64,000 nucleotides of DNA from Kondoa subrosea. Its lineage: Eukaryota. Where the stretch lies: assembly GCA_039545335.1 (NCBI GenBank), contig BCIN01000004.1:486925-550924 (forward strand), written 5' to 3'. Shown one piece after another: positions 40,871 to 52,800 of this stretch. The translations under genes were made by a program, and so were the position numbers. The notes under the pieces are model-generated. The model made no database searches. It saw nothing but the letters and a program-made list of their open reading frames with translations, and was not told where the DNA came from. Positions within the stretch are counted from its first letter, which is position 1; each line of letters opens with the position of its first letter.

Positions 40871-42454
40871 TCATTGTTTCTTTGGCTGAGCATTGGGCCA
40901 CACTCCCGTGCAGCTTCTCCAACTCGCAAGAACCTTGTCAACCTCTTCTTTGGTCAGGGTAGGGGCTTGCAGCTTGAAATCAGGCAGTTGTTTCTTTAGC
41001 TTCTCACCACTCAAAGCAGTAGAGTGTTTGGATAAGAGTTCACGAGGAATGATTGGGTTGAAAATAGGTTGAGAGATCTTAGACTGTTCAAGCATCGCTG
41101 GCCAGCTTTCGAGCAAAATCTCATTTGCTTCTTCTTGCACTGTATCAAGATTCATCTGCGGCTCTTTTTATCAGCAAATCCTTTGTTTAGACAAGACGAC
41201 ATACCTTGGCGAATTGGTTGATGACCATATTCGTAAAACCTGCTTTTACTCCAACAGCGTCCGCAACAATTGTACTCAAAGTTCCTAAATCCGTATCGCC
41301 TTCATCGACTAAGTGAAACAATGGTGCGCTAACAGTCTTCTTCCTTGAACAAAGTCCATCAATCTCTTGCTTGTCCAGATCAGTTTTCACATATGAGCTC
41401 GACGAAAGCCATTTCGCTTTATCCGCGAGCGGTCTGCAAGGTGATAGAGGAGAACCAGCTAATCTATCTGCTTTACTTCGACCGGTTGAAGCCATCCATT
41501 CTGCCAAAGCGAAACAAGCAGCTGCGAAATCGCTTGAATGAAGGGTATGAGTTTTGAGTACTTTTGACCACAAGACATCCATTTGTTCTCCGTTGTAGCG
41601 ATATATTTCTGCTACTAGCAGTCGACCAGTGAATTCGTTTAGAATAAAAGGTCCATAAATGATCGCCGGCCTAAAGCCAAGTAGTAAGCATAGGCTTGTG
41701 ATTGAAGCAACAGAGAGACTTACCGAACGATCACAAGATTCAAGCTCGGTATACTCGCCAAAGCTCGAGCAGCTTCGCAATCCCATTTCGACAGAGTACT
41801 ATAAGGTTGCAAAGCCGGATCATCTTCATTAACCGCTTGACCCGTTTTATTCTTAACAACATCATAGCAGTAAGAAGATTTCCTAATGTATGCTTTGACA
41901 TTCATGCTCGCTGCTACTTTCCCAAGTTGAGCAACGAGTTTAGCTGTTTTCTCCACATGTTGCAGTTCGTGAGCTGCGTAATCTTCTTCCCCTGCTAAAT
42001 CAAAAACATAGTCGAAGCATGTGCCGTGAGCGGATGGAGGTGTGAAGACTTTCTTGACGCTTGCTACAGCCTATCGTCTCAGTCGGGTACCTCAATTTGG
42101 TTGATATGCTCACCTTCGTTAGATAGATTCGCTTGTATATACTCGATGCTACCATCCGCAGTGCCAGATTGCAATAGCTTCTTAGTGTCAGGAGAGAGGA
42201 AAGTGAGATATGCATTGGCAGCAGGAATGATAAGATGCTTATCAGCCTGAGCGCTCTATGTCAGCTTGAACCTTATACCAAGAATAGTATGTACCAGTCG
42301 TATGAAGCTACATTTGCTATGTAGATAGTCCAACAGAGCGGGAGCCAATCCAGTTCTGTTGTGGAATGATGATATATTAGACGCGTGCTTTTCCTTTAAG
42401 CAGCTTGAGAGCTTACGCAATACCGCCCACAATGAGAGCGCTCGGTTTCCTCAT
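40871..42454 (-). CDS. NAD(P)-dependent epimerase/dehydratase (extended SDR)
   Basis: MRKPSALIVGG, ADKHL, YIQANL, LNLVIVR|PAIIYGP, HTLHSSDF, LFHLVDEGDT. Confidence 0.8.
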
Positions 42455-42622
42455 GTTGGTCAAACATCGTTCAAGGTCAAAAGTGCGTTCGACAGAACAA
42501 GAACTTCCGCACGGTTCTCGCTGGAACGGACGAAAGCTAGAGCATAGATTGAAACATGACTAAAGGAGCAGCACAGATGTTACCCAATAATAGAATGCCC
42601 TAAACGTGATCTTTCCCTTCTC

Positions 42623-44201
42623 TTATGGTCTCGGTCGGTTTCGTTCCTTTGCGCACGTCAGCTCAGCGTCTCCCTCGTTGGAAAAGTAGACATACCTGAT
42701 CCAAACGATGGTATAGCATATCAACAGCAATCTTGATATTCTCCGGTTGTCCAGTAACAGTAACGAGCTGTTTCCTATAATATCAGCTTCCTTTTCTCTT
42801 CAATTGTGCATACACTGACCCTCTCGCCAGGTTGAATCCCAGTATTCATAGCCGCTTGTTCAGAAGGTTCCATAATCTTAACATGAGTAGCGCTAGCTTG
42901 TCTGATCTCATTAATTTTCTGTCCTCCTTTGCCAATAATCGATCGAACGTATTCTTCAGGAATAAACATCTGTTGCGTTTGAGCACCAGGCAAGTTTGCA
43001 GTAGATTGATAGGCAGAAGGATGATTTGCTGGTCTAGCGTGAGAAGGAGGTGGTGGAGGTGGACCTCTTGAGGAATAGTATGGATCTCTTGAATCTGGTC
43101 GATAAGGAGGTTGGTATGAACCTGGCGGAGGTGGGTAATAGGTATCGCGAGGTGGTGGAAGAGATCCGCCTCCTGGTCGGTAAGGTGTATTGTTGACTGG
43201 TCGTTCAGTCGGTTCTTGTAAAATCGTGCCAACGTAATAAACAGCGATATGAATCGCGTCCGCAACGCCAGCAATGGTCAAGACTCGCTGCACAAGTCGT
43301 CAGAGGAGTGAGCACATCGACAACGGAAACTAACCTCAGTGCTGCCAGGTAGCATGGCTTCGCTGGCTTGCAGTCGAGCACCACTAGCTTCCTGAATCTC
43401 TTTGATCTTGCTTCCACCTTTTCCAATAACAGAGCCCATACGAGAATTGGGTACGATATAGCTAAATGACAAGAAAAGGGAAAACAGGGGAAAGATTTAG
43501 AGGCTGGATGGAAGAAAGAGGTAAGAAAGGAAGGCCGTAACGGACCGAATGGTGACTGCTTTAGAACCAGGTACAGAAGGGCTATCGTACGGCTCATCGT
43601 TGATGCGTCTGACAATGAGACCGTAGGCCTGTCGAAGGGGTTAGTTGTGATCAGGGGAAAGTGTACGCAGACATACTTTCGATACAGCATCCAAAGGCCC
43701 AGTAACGGATAGAATACGTTCAGGATTATTTGGGATAGCTTCACTGACGCCAACTTTAGCACCAGCCTTTTCTCTAATCTCACGAATATGAATGCCATCT
43801 GAAGAAAGCACGTGTGAGTAATATTGTATGTCAAAGAATCGAATCAAGGCCTCACTCTTGCCAATGATGATACTGGCGTCTTGAGTAACAATCAATGCCT
43901 TCATGGTCATTTGAGGCAAAGACTCGTCCAAAGGAGTGTCTTGAGCAGCATCTGATGCGGCAGCCAAATCGGTTGATTGTGCTTCTCCTTCAGTCACTGG
44001 CTTGTCTGAAGCAGTAGAGGCAGATTCAGGTTCCATCTTGGGTTGTGTTGTGTCGTCCTTTGCAGCTTCTAGGGCTGCTGGAACATCAGCTGTATTGTTC
44101 TTGCTTTCTTGAGCTTCTGTGTCCAGATTGATACGCTTGGAATCTGGATTGTTGGAGTCTACAGAACTTGAGCGTGGCCTCTTCGAGTTGCCTTCAGTCA
44201 T
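42623..44201 (-). CDS. Three-KH-domain RNA-binding protein (PCBP/hnRNP K; Pbp2/Hek2/Rnc1-like)
   Basis: ASIIIGK..G.HIREIRE, MGSVIGKGGSKIKEIQE, RSIIGKGGQKINEIRQAS. Confidence 0.92.
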
Positions 44202-44737
44202 TCGTTCACTTCTTGAGGTCGTTCCTTCAGGTCAAACACCTCGACTTTGGTTGGCAAAAGACTAAAAGATTCGAAGAATCAGAAGGGCAAGACCATCTGA
44301 CAGGAGTGGATCAGAGCAAAGAGAAGTGAGCCGTACGGGATAGAGGGAGAGGAGTTAGGGAATGCTAGAGTCGTGGAATCTGGTCAAGCGACACATTTAT
44401 CTGTTTTCTTGTAGCAGCCTCGCCTGAAGATGTAAGCTCTCTGTTTCGCTCCTTGTGTCTGTGTCTTCTGTCTGTAATCGCTGTTACAAATACTTCTGCA
44501 ATCTCCTTCAAGTTCGCCGAATGACAGTGCGGCTGTTGCGATGTGACAATTTTCCCCTTCAGTCTCTCTGCCTCTCTTTTTCACGCACTGTGATGAATGT
44601 TATCGCAGGTTCTCTACTCCACGAATGCGAGAGTGCAATTTGTGATGAATTGTGCCAATTCCTATTGATCGTCGATCGCACTTCTTCCGCCTGGATCGCA
44701 TACTGACGTTAGCCTTTCTGACACAGATCGTGACAGT

Positions 44738-46152
44738 ATGGGTAAGAAAAAAGGTGTGCCAGTATCGGAAGAAAGTCTGCTGTATGTCTCTCATTTGCCC
44801 TTCTTCTGAAAGTCTAGCCCATTCTTCAAAAGATTACCGCAGCACCCACACCTATCCAGCTCACCTGACGTAAGCTTCTTTTGTCACATCTCCGTCTTTG
44901 CGTGATAGTATCGATCAGGAAGTGATCGACACGCATTGTCATCTATTGTCTACTTTCACCAGCTTTCGAATCAAGTACCCAGCAAGTGAGACAGACACAA
45001 TACAAGCCTTTGCTCGTAAATAGTGGGTTCTCTCCCGTGTACGTAAATCAAACGCGCCTGAAAATGAGCTGTCAAGTCTTTCGCATGTGGATGCTATAGT
45101 AGAGTCAGTCCTAAGCCAGCATCTTTGTACACCAGAAATACTAATGATGGTATAGCGTTTGGTGCGATGCGCCGGTTGAAGCTGCTCTAAAAGAAATCAC
45201 AAGCATCGAAGCCTCCGAATGGCCTTTCAGATGTATCTTGCCCGGTATTCATTCGAAGTATGAAACTGACGTGGCGTGCTCTCGTTTGAACAGATCGATT
45301 TGTAGTTGGCGTACATCCTCACAACGTGCAAGATTATTCTGACGAGGTCGAAGCTCAAGTCATTGTAGCGTTGTCGCACCCACTCAATGTAGGCATGGGC
45401 GAGATTGGCTTAGACTATCATTGTGAGTCCGTTTGATCTTTCTCCAGATGTCCCAAGCTGAATGAAGGAAACTAGATGACAACAGTCCACGAGAAGTGCA
45501 GAATGCTGTTCTGCGAAAACAACTAAAGATTGCTGTACGACTAAAGAAACCGATCACCATACATACGTGAGCGCGATCACCCCATGGATCGTCCGGTGCT
45601 TATAAAGGGAAACAGCCGCGAAGCTGATGAAGATATATATACCGCTTTGACTGAAGTCGTTCCGTCAGAATGGAACGTGAGCAGCTAATCTAACCCATAT
45701 GAGACGATTCATTGATCACATGTCTAGATTCATGTACATTGCTACACGGACTCGTTAGATCTAGCCAAGAAGTTGCTCGATTACTACCCAAATGTAAGCT
45801 CATCTGTAATTGTGACTCGTATTCCGGCTCAACAACACCACAGCTCGTTTTCGGTATCACCGGAGTTGTAACCTATTCTTCCAACCTCAACACCACCCTT
45901 CTACTTCAACATATGGCATCTTTGTCTACTCCACCTCGAATAGTCTTAGAAACAGATTCACCCTTCATGATCCCTTCTAACCTACCTTTGAAAGATCTAG
46001 GATTGAAATCTGGGCAGAAATTACCTCTAAGTCATTCTGGTCAAATTAGTTGGACTGCTGAATGGGTTGCGGACGTACTTGGAGAAGGTTGGGATACGGA
46101 GAAGGTTGTACATTTATCGAGAGAGAATGCGAAGAAGCAGTATGGTGTCTAG
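44738..46152 (+). CDS. TatD-family metal-dependent DNase
   Basis: IDTHCH, GVHPH, GEIGLDYH, IHT|REA, HVHCY, LETDSPF. Confidence 0.9.
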
Positions 46153-46410
46153 CAGGCTTTGCAAAATAGGTAAGTGCAATGTTTGCAAAGTTATGCGCAG
46201 TAATGTTGATCTTCTTCCTGGATAACAGCTACACAGAGTCTGGACGCAAAAAACACGGTCAATTCGAAAGTTTTGGCTTAAAGTGTACACCTTGCATCTT
46301 CCGTTACCACTGCTCCTCAGGTGGCGGTCACACGGATACAGTAGCCAACCGTCCAATCATGCATTTATCATTCTTTTGCCTTTTTGCTTTCTTTACATTC
46401 ATTCGTCAAA

Positions 46411-46875
46411 CTATTTTCCATTGCCTTTCTCGTTGATGGTAGTCTCAACCTTTTCCTCCTTCTCTTCTGCTTTCTCGTCCGCTTTCTCTTCGCCTCCTCC
46501 TTCTTTGGTAGCGTTATCTTTTGCTTCCTTTGCATCCGCGCGCGAGACGTCAGTGTTGATGCCTATAATTAGCCGCTGTACTCAAAGGCTGACCTTCTCT
46601 TTCTCGTTCACCTTGGCTAGAACATCTCCGTAGTTGTGCTCCTCTGCTCACACTTATCAGCCCATATCTCTAAGCACGAAGAGCAATGATATAAGCTTAC
46701 CTGAACCGCCGTAGTTCTCTATCCTAGCGCTTTAGCTCTAGAATTAGTAATTAGGTTGGTATCACGCACTCTCTGATGGAACGTGGTGAGGTGGGAGTGC
46801 AGCGTCTGTTAGGTGTATAACAGCGGGGAATCAGTATAGTATGGTGGGCGAACAAGCATTGTACTGACCAGACAT
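46411..46875 (-). CDS. Small highly charged hydrophilin-like hypothetical protein (about 85 aa, five exons)
   Basis: Hand-spliced MSDAALPPHHVPSEKNYGGSEEHNYGDVLAKVNEKEGINTDVSRADAKEAKDNATKEGGGEEKADEKAEEKEEKVETTINEKGNGK* with GT-AG introns; absent from ORF track. Confidence 0.65.
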
Positions 46876-47043
46876 GGCTTTGTTATACTGTATTCAATTG
46901 AGAAGAGCTCTAGAGTGATTGGATTGGTTGACAGAGAAGGAGGAGATGACCGGCTCGACGAATCAAGCTGCCTAACTTCCGCCGGGCGGGTCAGCCTCAA
47001 GGTTGCATGTTGTCTCGTAACCGTGACTTGATCTTTTCGCGTT

Positions 47044-49469
47044 ATGCCACCTATCAGCTTCAAATTTGGTGCAGCAGCCAATTCTACAAGTAACAGCAGC
47101 GGCAGCAGCAGTTCAGCAGCGAGTCTTTATGCAGGAATCTTAGGCGATGCTCTACCCTCGTCTAATGAAGCTGCTTCAACCTCTGTAGCACAAGATGGTA
47201 GCTCGAGCAGCGTTAATAAAGAGGAAACCAAAGGTCCTTAGGTCTTGTTGCCAAAGAACCCCCAAGAATTGACTTTTTGCTTTGTTATCCCATTTTGTTA
47301 CAAAGAAGATGCTACTCCGCCGCCAGCCGCGATCAAATCAGCTGCTCTGGCTTTTGGTCCGGTCAGAAAACGGCCGCCTACATCCAAACAGGCAAGACCT
47401 ACAGCTGCTTCATTCATGTCTTCCACAACTCCAGTCACAAATTCTGCAACACCAACAACATCAACAACGATATCAGCTGCTCCTGTGACTTATAGCGCAC
47501 CACCTCAATTATTGGAAGAGAACTTGAATATCGGTAACGCGATTGAGAAACCTTCAAGCAGCAATACAGGCTGGGCCAAGAAGACTGTAGCTGGAGGACC
47601 ACCTCCTTTGACTTTACCTGACGGAGAAGAAGATGTTAACGGATTTAGAAAGACTGATGTTGGTAGGAAAGCGCAAAAGAAGGTGCAGTTGCATATCCCT
47701 AAAATCAGTGTAGAAGCTGATGGTGGGATCGCGATTGTTCAGTCTAGGAAGAGGAACAAGAACAAACAGAATGAAGATCCCTCAAGGGATTTCACTGCTG
47801 AATACGATCCAGCTAAACCTAATGATTATGTGCGTGAGATTATGCTTTGCATCCGTTTCGACTGATGAAAGAATTTCTGTCACGTACAGTCCGAATGGAA
47901 AGCCTACGTCCTCGCCAAGAAAGAAGAAGCGCGAGAAGCGAGAAGACGAGCTCGCTACGAAGAAGAAGAACGGAAACGACGCGAAGAAGAAGAGAACGAT
48001 TCTGGTAGCTATGAAACTGGTAGTGAATCAGATAGCGGCAAGTCGGACAAAGAAGCCAAACCAAAAGGTGAGTTCGGCCTTTCCATTCCACATATGAGGA
48101 TTGTCTGAGTTCGAATCTCACAGCCCGATTCTTTGCTCCACCGGCTTCTTACGATACACCTATAGTCTCTTCTGAACCAGTCGCTATTCCATTACAAGAA
48201 ACGGGTGAAGAAGCCTATGCTCGTCGTCTGGCTTTATCGCAACAACAATCTGAACCCGTTCAAGCAACTCCCGCGCACAACACTGAACCTGCTACTGATA
48301 CCAAAGCAGCAGAAGATGCTTATGCTAGAGCCTTAGCTATTTCAAACGCGTTAGCTATCGCACCGGATGAAGAGCAAGAAGAACAGCCTCAAGCACCACC
48401 ACCTCAACCTTCTCCGCCAGTCGCTTTGCCTCAAGCTGTTTTAGATGCTCAAGCAAAAGCTAGAGCTATAGCAGAACGATTAGGTAAACTCGGAGCTGGT
48501 CCTCCTCTTGCTGGTCCGTCTACTGTGCAGCAGAAGATGAACCCTGTTGCACCGACGTTCGTCTCCTCTACTGCGGCAGCGTCAAGTGAGAAGAAGAGGA
48601 GTAGAGAAGACGATCAAGAGGAGGAAGGCAGGCCGTAAGTCTTCTCTTTTCATTGATTGATAGCAGTCTTGAGTAGTATTGTAGAAATCCGCAAGCTTTC
48701 GCCGAACGTTTAATGGGTAAGTTCCTCTTATAAATGGGGCGTTGAAACCAGAGCTAAAGTTGTGATATAGCCAAATATGGATGGAAGAAAGGCCAAGGAC
48801 TAGGAGCTAACGAATCTGGTATAGTCAATGCATTATCCGTCACTCCCTCTGCTGGTTCTTCAAACAAGTCTCACAACCAACAACAGCAGCAAGGTCAAAG
48901 AGGTCCGGTTGGGATGTCAGGTGGTGGAAGAGGTGTGATTGTGAGCGAGACGAAGGAAGCGAAAGATAGAGAAGAGAAAGCGAGATATGGATTACCGAGC
49001 AGGATCGTCGTTTTGACTAATATGGTCGGGAGAAATGAGGTGGATGAGGATCTACCAGGAGAGATAGGTTAGTCTTATTCACTCCCTTTCTTGAGGGTAA
49101 TTCGCTGACAGATGATGTTGTAGCTGACGAAGCGAGAAAACATGGGTAAGTGTCTTATGTCCTCTAGGTAGAAACGAGTCTGATATGTGATATAGTATCG
49201 TAGATGGTTGCAAAATTCATGTCATGCCTTTCAATACACCAGAAGAAGAATCCGTTCGCATTTTCATCTTCTTTTCTGGTGAAGTTGGGGCATGGAAGGC
49301 CGTCAAGGAGTTTGATGGCAGATTCTTCAACGGCAGAGTCGTCAGAGCTAGGTATGTAGTCTGTAGTGGCATAGAGTTTAGTTGAACCTTCTGTGTGGGC
49401 AGATTCTACGAAGAATGGAAAGTCACGAATGGAAGAGAAATGTATGGGATGCCTTTCGAAACTTCATAG
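47044..49469 (+). CDS. SPF45: Splicing factor 45 (RBM17): G-patch + UHM/RRM
   Basis: [73 protein letters not shown]. Confidence 0.92.
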
Positions 49470-49757
49470 ACAATAATTCCACTGTTGCGCACAATGCGAA
49501 GATCGCTCAATTTCATCCAAAAAGGGATCTGTTGCTTTCGTGAGCTTTGCGGTGCCTTCTCTATCCGCTTTATCTTTACCAACACGGCGGATCATGATAT
49601 AGATCTGTCTGTACTCTGGAAATAAACCTTGTAAGGTATGCGATCTGACGCTGGCATCGCAAAAACCGGAAACTTGAATAACAATGAGAAGGCATTCATG
49701 AACTAATACAAGTAAGGTAGCTATGCACCCTGTCTCATATGGAGCTTATCCCGCGTG

Positions 49758-50309
49758 CTAAACGGTGAGGTTCAAACGGCGAAGATCCTTCTTCCCGGGG
49801 TCAGGATGGGGAACATGACTATTGCCATCCCTCTCATGCATCTTCGTCCAAAAGCTTTCCGCTGATGCAATCGGTTGATAATCAAAAGCGTTGTAGCCTG
49901 ACCGAATCGCTGATTGCTTCAGCAGTCCATAAAGGTATTGACCCCACCCGCCCTGGCCTAATGCTTTGCGTCTGGCTGAATACGCGACGGCAATGTTATG
50001 AAGGTGAAATACGTAACGCTTGCCATCGAAAGAGCCAACAAAATGGGCATAGGCAATAATGTCGTCGTCTCTAGTAAGAACGAACAGACCATGAACGGAA
50101 GGCCGTTCTTTGGTCGGAAGAGGTACGTGAGGTGCGTAATCTGCCTTGCCAAAAGATGGTTCGTATTGTGCATGTTCATTGACAAGAGCAGTAAATTTAA
50201 GCAGCCTAGGGCGCCCATCTTGAGTAGCCATAGCCAGCCTCGGTTTAAGGAAATCGACGATGGCTTGATCATATATGAAACGCAATGGAGTCGCTGTTGA
50301 TTGGGACAT
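49758..50309 (-). CDS. Intronless GNAT-fold acetyltransferase
   Basis: ATG at 50309; DDIIAYAHF, FHLHNIAVAYSARRKALGQGGWGQYL (motif A with insertion), PIASAESFWTKM (motif B-like). Confidence 0.7.
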   Translation of the reverse strand: MSQSTATPLRFIYDQAIVDFLKPRLAMATQDGRPRLLKFTALVNEHAQYEPSFGKADYAPHVPLPTKERPSVHGLFVLTRDDDIIAYAHFVGSFDGKRYVFHLHNIAVAYSARRKALGQGGWGQYLYGLLKQSAIRSGYNAFDYQPIASAESFWTKMHERDGNSHVPHPDPGKKDLRRLNLTV

Positions 50310-50325
50310 TCGATGGAGTAAAATA

Positions 50326-50420
50326 GAACAAGAAGAGCACAGAGAGAAAGAGAGAGAGAAAAAGAGGAAGAGAGAAAAAAGAGAGAGAGAATGCAAAGCC
50401 GACAAAGCCGACAAAGCCGA
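50326..50420. repeat. GA-rich low-complexity tract plus 9-bp tandem repeat (CAAAGCCGA x3), upstream of the GNAT ATG
   Basis: Directly visible; 9-mer copies at 50394-50420. Confidence 0.85.
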
Positions 50421-50844
50421 AAAAGCGCAAAGAAGATAATAGATATTGATGATTTGTGGAGTCAAGAGTGAATACGACAGACGATGAATCAAAAGATGGG
50501 GACGGAGGCATAGAAAAGCTGGAGAAAGCGAGATTTTGAGATGCGGCGGATTTATCGTTCGGAATAGACTCTTTTGAAAACAAGTCGAGCAAGCAGACAC
50601 GAAAGGGCTCAAGCTACGGAACGAACATGCTGGATGAGTATGCTGTGATAAACCACTCTCGAGGTCTATTTTGTGAAGAGGAAAGACAAAGGTACACACA
50701 CGCAGGGAAAGGACAGATGCAGTGTCATTAGAGATTTGGAGATAGACAACTAGGGGAGAGCCGCATCTAAGCAGGCTTATTCTCACGCACGGGCTAAGTT
50801 AAAGATCCAAAGCAAGTTGACCTCTTACTCTCGCCTTGAAGTCT

Positions 50845-52125
50845 ATGTCTAGACCGCTGACGCTGTCATCTACTATCAGGCTGAAGAGTGGCGCTGAGAT
50901 GCCTGTGCTGGGCTTGGGTGTGTCGCGGTAGTAGTGCAAGCAACGCTCGGAATCTTACTGTTTGGTCCATAAGGTGTCTACAAAGCTCTGGATCCTGTCG
51001 CTTCTACTCTCTGTGCTCTGCAGGCTGGATATCGTCATATCGACTCTGCCAGAGTCTGTTCGCTATACTTTCTTTTGCGCTATATCACATCTTTGAATGC
51101 CCTTCAGATCGCAATGAACCAGAAGTAGCTGAAGCTATACGGCTATCTGGTCTACCGCGCGATCAGATCTGGTTCACATCCAAAATCAATTCGCGAGAGC
51201 ATGGAACAACCAAAACTAGGAAAGCTCTGAATCAGTCATGCAATCGTATCGGTGATCAACAACCGCTGGATCTAATGCTCTTACATGACGCGTGTAGTGG
51301 GAAAGAGCGACGATTGGCTGCTTGGAGAGTTTTGCAGCAGGCGAAGAACGAAGGACGAGTTCGGAGTATCGGCGTGAGCAATTTCTCGAGGAGGTAGGAT
51401 TACATGCATAGTCTGGATAAAGCTGAGGAGGAATAGACACCTCGAAGAAGTAGAGGAAGAAGCTGGAGGGGGAGTTGACATAAATCAGGTTAGTAGACTA
51501 CTCGTTCGCGGGGAGGTGAGCTTATTGAATACAGATTGAGTTGCATCCTTGGAATCGTGAGTCTTATGGTCGAAGTGATGATCAGACCTGATATTCTTCC
51601 AGAACAGCGCGATATTGTTCAATACTGTCAAGAACATGATATTGTCATTCAAGCATACTGCCCATTGGTACAAGGGCAGCAAATGCAAGATCCTACTTTA
51701 CTGGAGATAGCGCAACGGGTATGTCCTTTGTCCTTCAGAATGCGTCTTTAGCTAAATCTGGGAGATAGCACCGATGTACTGCTGCTCAAGTCCTGATACG
51801 ATGGTCTCTTCAGGTACATTTGGAGTCTTCCAAACAGGATATCGCTCAATGTACTACAGAAGGGCTTTGTACCTCTGCCAAAGAGTGATCACAGCGAAAG
51901 AATTAGTAAGTCTTCTCTCAATGCTGGATGATCGGTTTTCATGTTCGAAGTAGTCGAAAATGCTCTAGTCTTCGATTGGGAACTTGATAAAGAAGCTATG
52001 CAGACATTAGAGGGGTTGGATCTAGGTTCGGCTGGAGCGGTCAGCTGGAATCCGGTTGTAAGTGTACACTTCACCAAATATTGATCACTTACACTGAAAA
52101 TTATATTCTGTAGCATGTTGAATGA
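50845..52125 (+). CDS. Aldo-keto reductase
   Basis: MPVLGL, GYRHIDSARV|YRNE, FTSK, LLHD (D-Y-K-H tetrad), SIGVSNF, NQ|IELHPW, QVLIRWSLQ|KG..PLPKS. Confidence 0.93.
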
Positions 52126-52800
52126 GCTCGTCATAACATGAATCTGCCGTCCGCTGTTAAGCTACCTCTAAGATCGCCTGTACAAGACATACCAAGAATT
52201 CAAGGCTGACTTTGTCCCATGTCTCATCAGCTTGCATTAGTAGAGCAGCGTTATGTAATTAAGCTTCCTACCTTTTATCATGCATGTCTCTTCTGTGTCT
52301 TTGCCCCTCAGATTTTGAAGAAACCTTTAGCTTGAAGTTGGAGTTAGCTGATATATATTGATGGCAAGATCCTGTTCACGGCTGGTCTAAAGGCTTTCAC
52401 TGAACTTACTGTCCCTCTTTCTTCCCTGTGTCAACGCCGAAGAGAAAGAAAGTCGATCTGTTCGCTGTAATTCTGTCATCTTCCTCCTCAAGCAAGCGGA
52501 AAACGAAAGGAGTAGTCAAAGAAGAAGATGTAGCGGCAGACATCAACATTTGGGCCTCGCATGGACTCGTGCCGAACTGGTCATAAAACAGAGTCAGGCC
52601 TAGCTTTAGCAGAAAGGGTCAAAGTCAGAAGCCGAAGGAAAGCTAGCGACTTTCCTTCGCGGACAAAGCGGGTTGAGAAGGAAGATTGCTTAGTGGTAGA
52701 TAGAAGATCACAACTTGCTGCCTCCTCTCATACTTACACCAATAGAACGGAAAAGGATCAGCGGGAATGAAGGATTGTAATTCATGTACGTAGACTCTCA

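Noticed and set aside
48100..48123. T-loop/B-box-like hairpin TGAG-TTCGAAT-CTCA
   Set aside because: Lies at the 3' end of a short SPF45 intron with no D-arm, anticodon arm or acceptor stem; not a tRNA
50310..50786. Long N-terminal extension of the 342-aa ORF 49758-50786
   Set aside because: Starts at a non-ATG codon and translates a CT-rich low-complexity tract; ATG 50309 is the plausible start
52130..52800. Possible small gene or relic between AKR and tandem GNAT (PKRKKV-containing frame)
   Set aside because: No consistent start, splice and stop model on either strand
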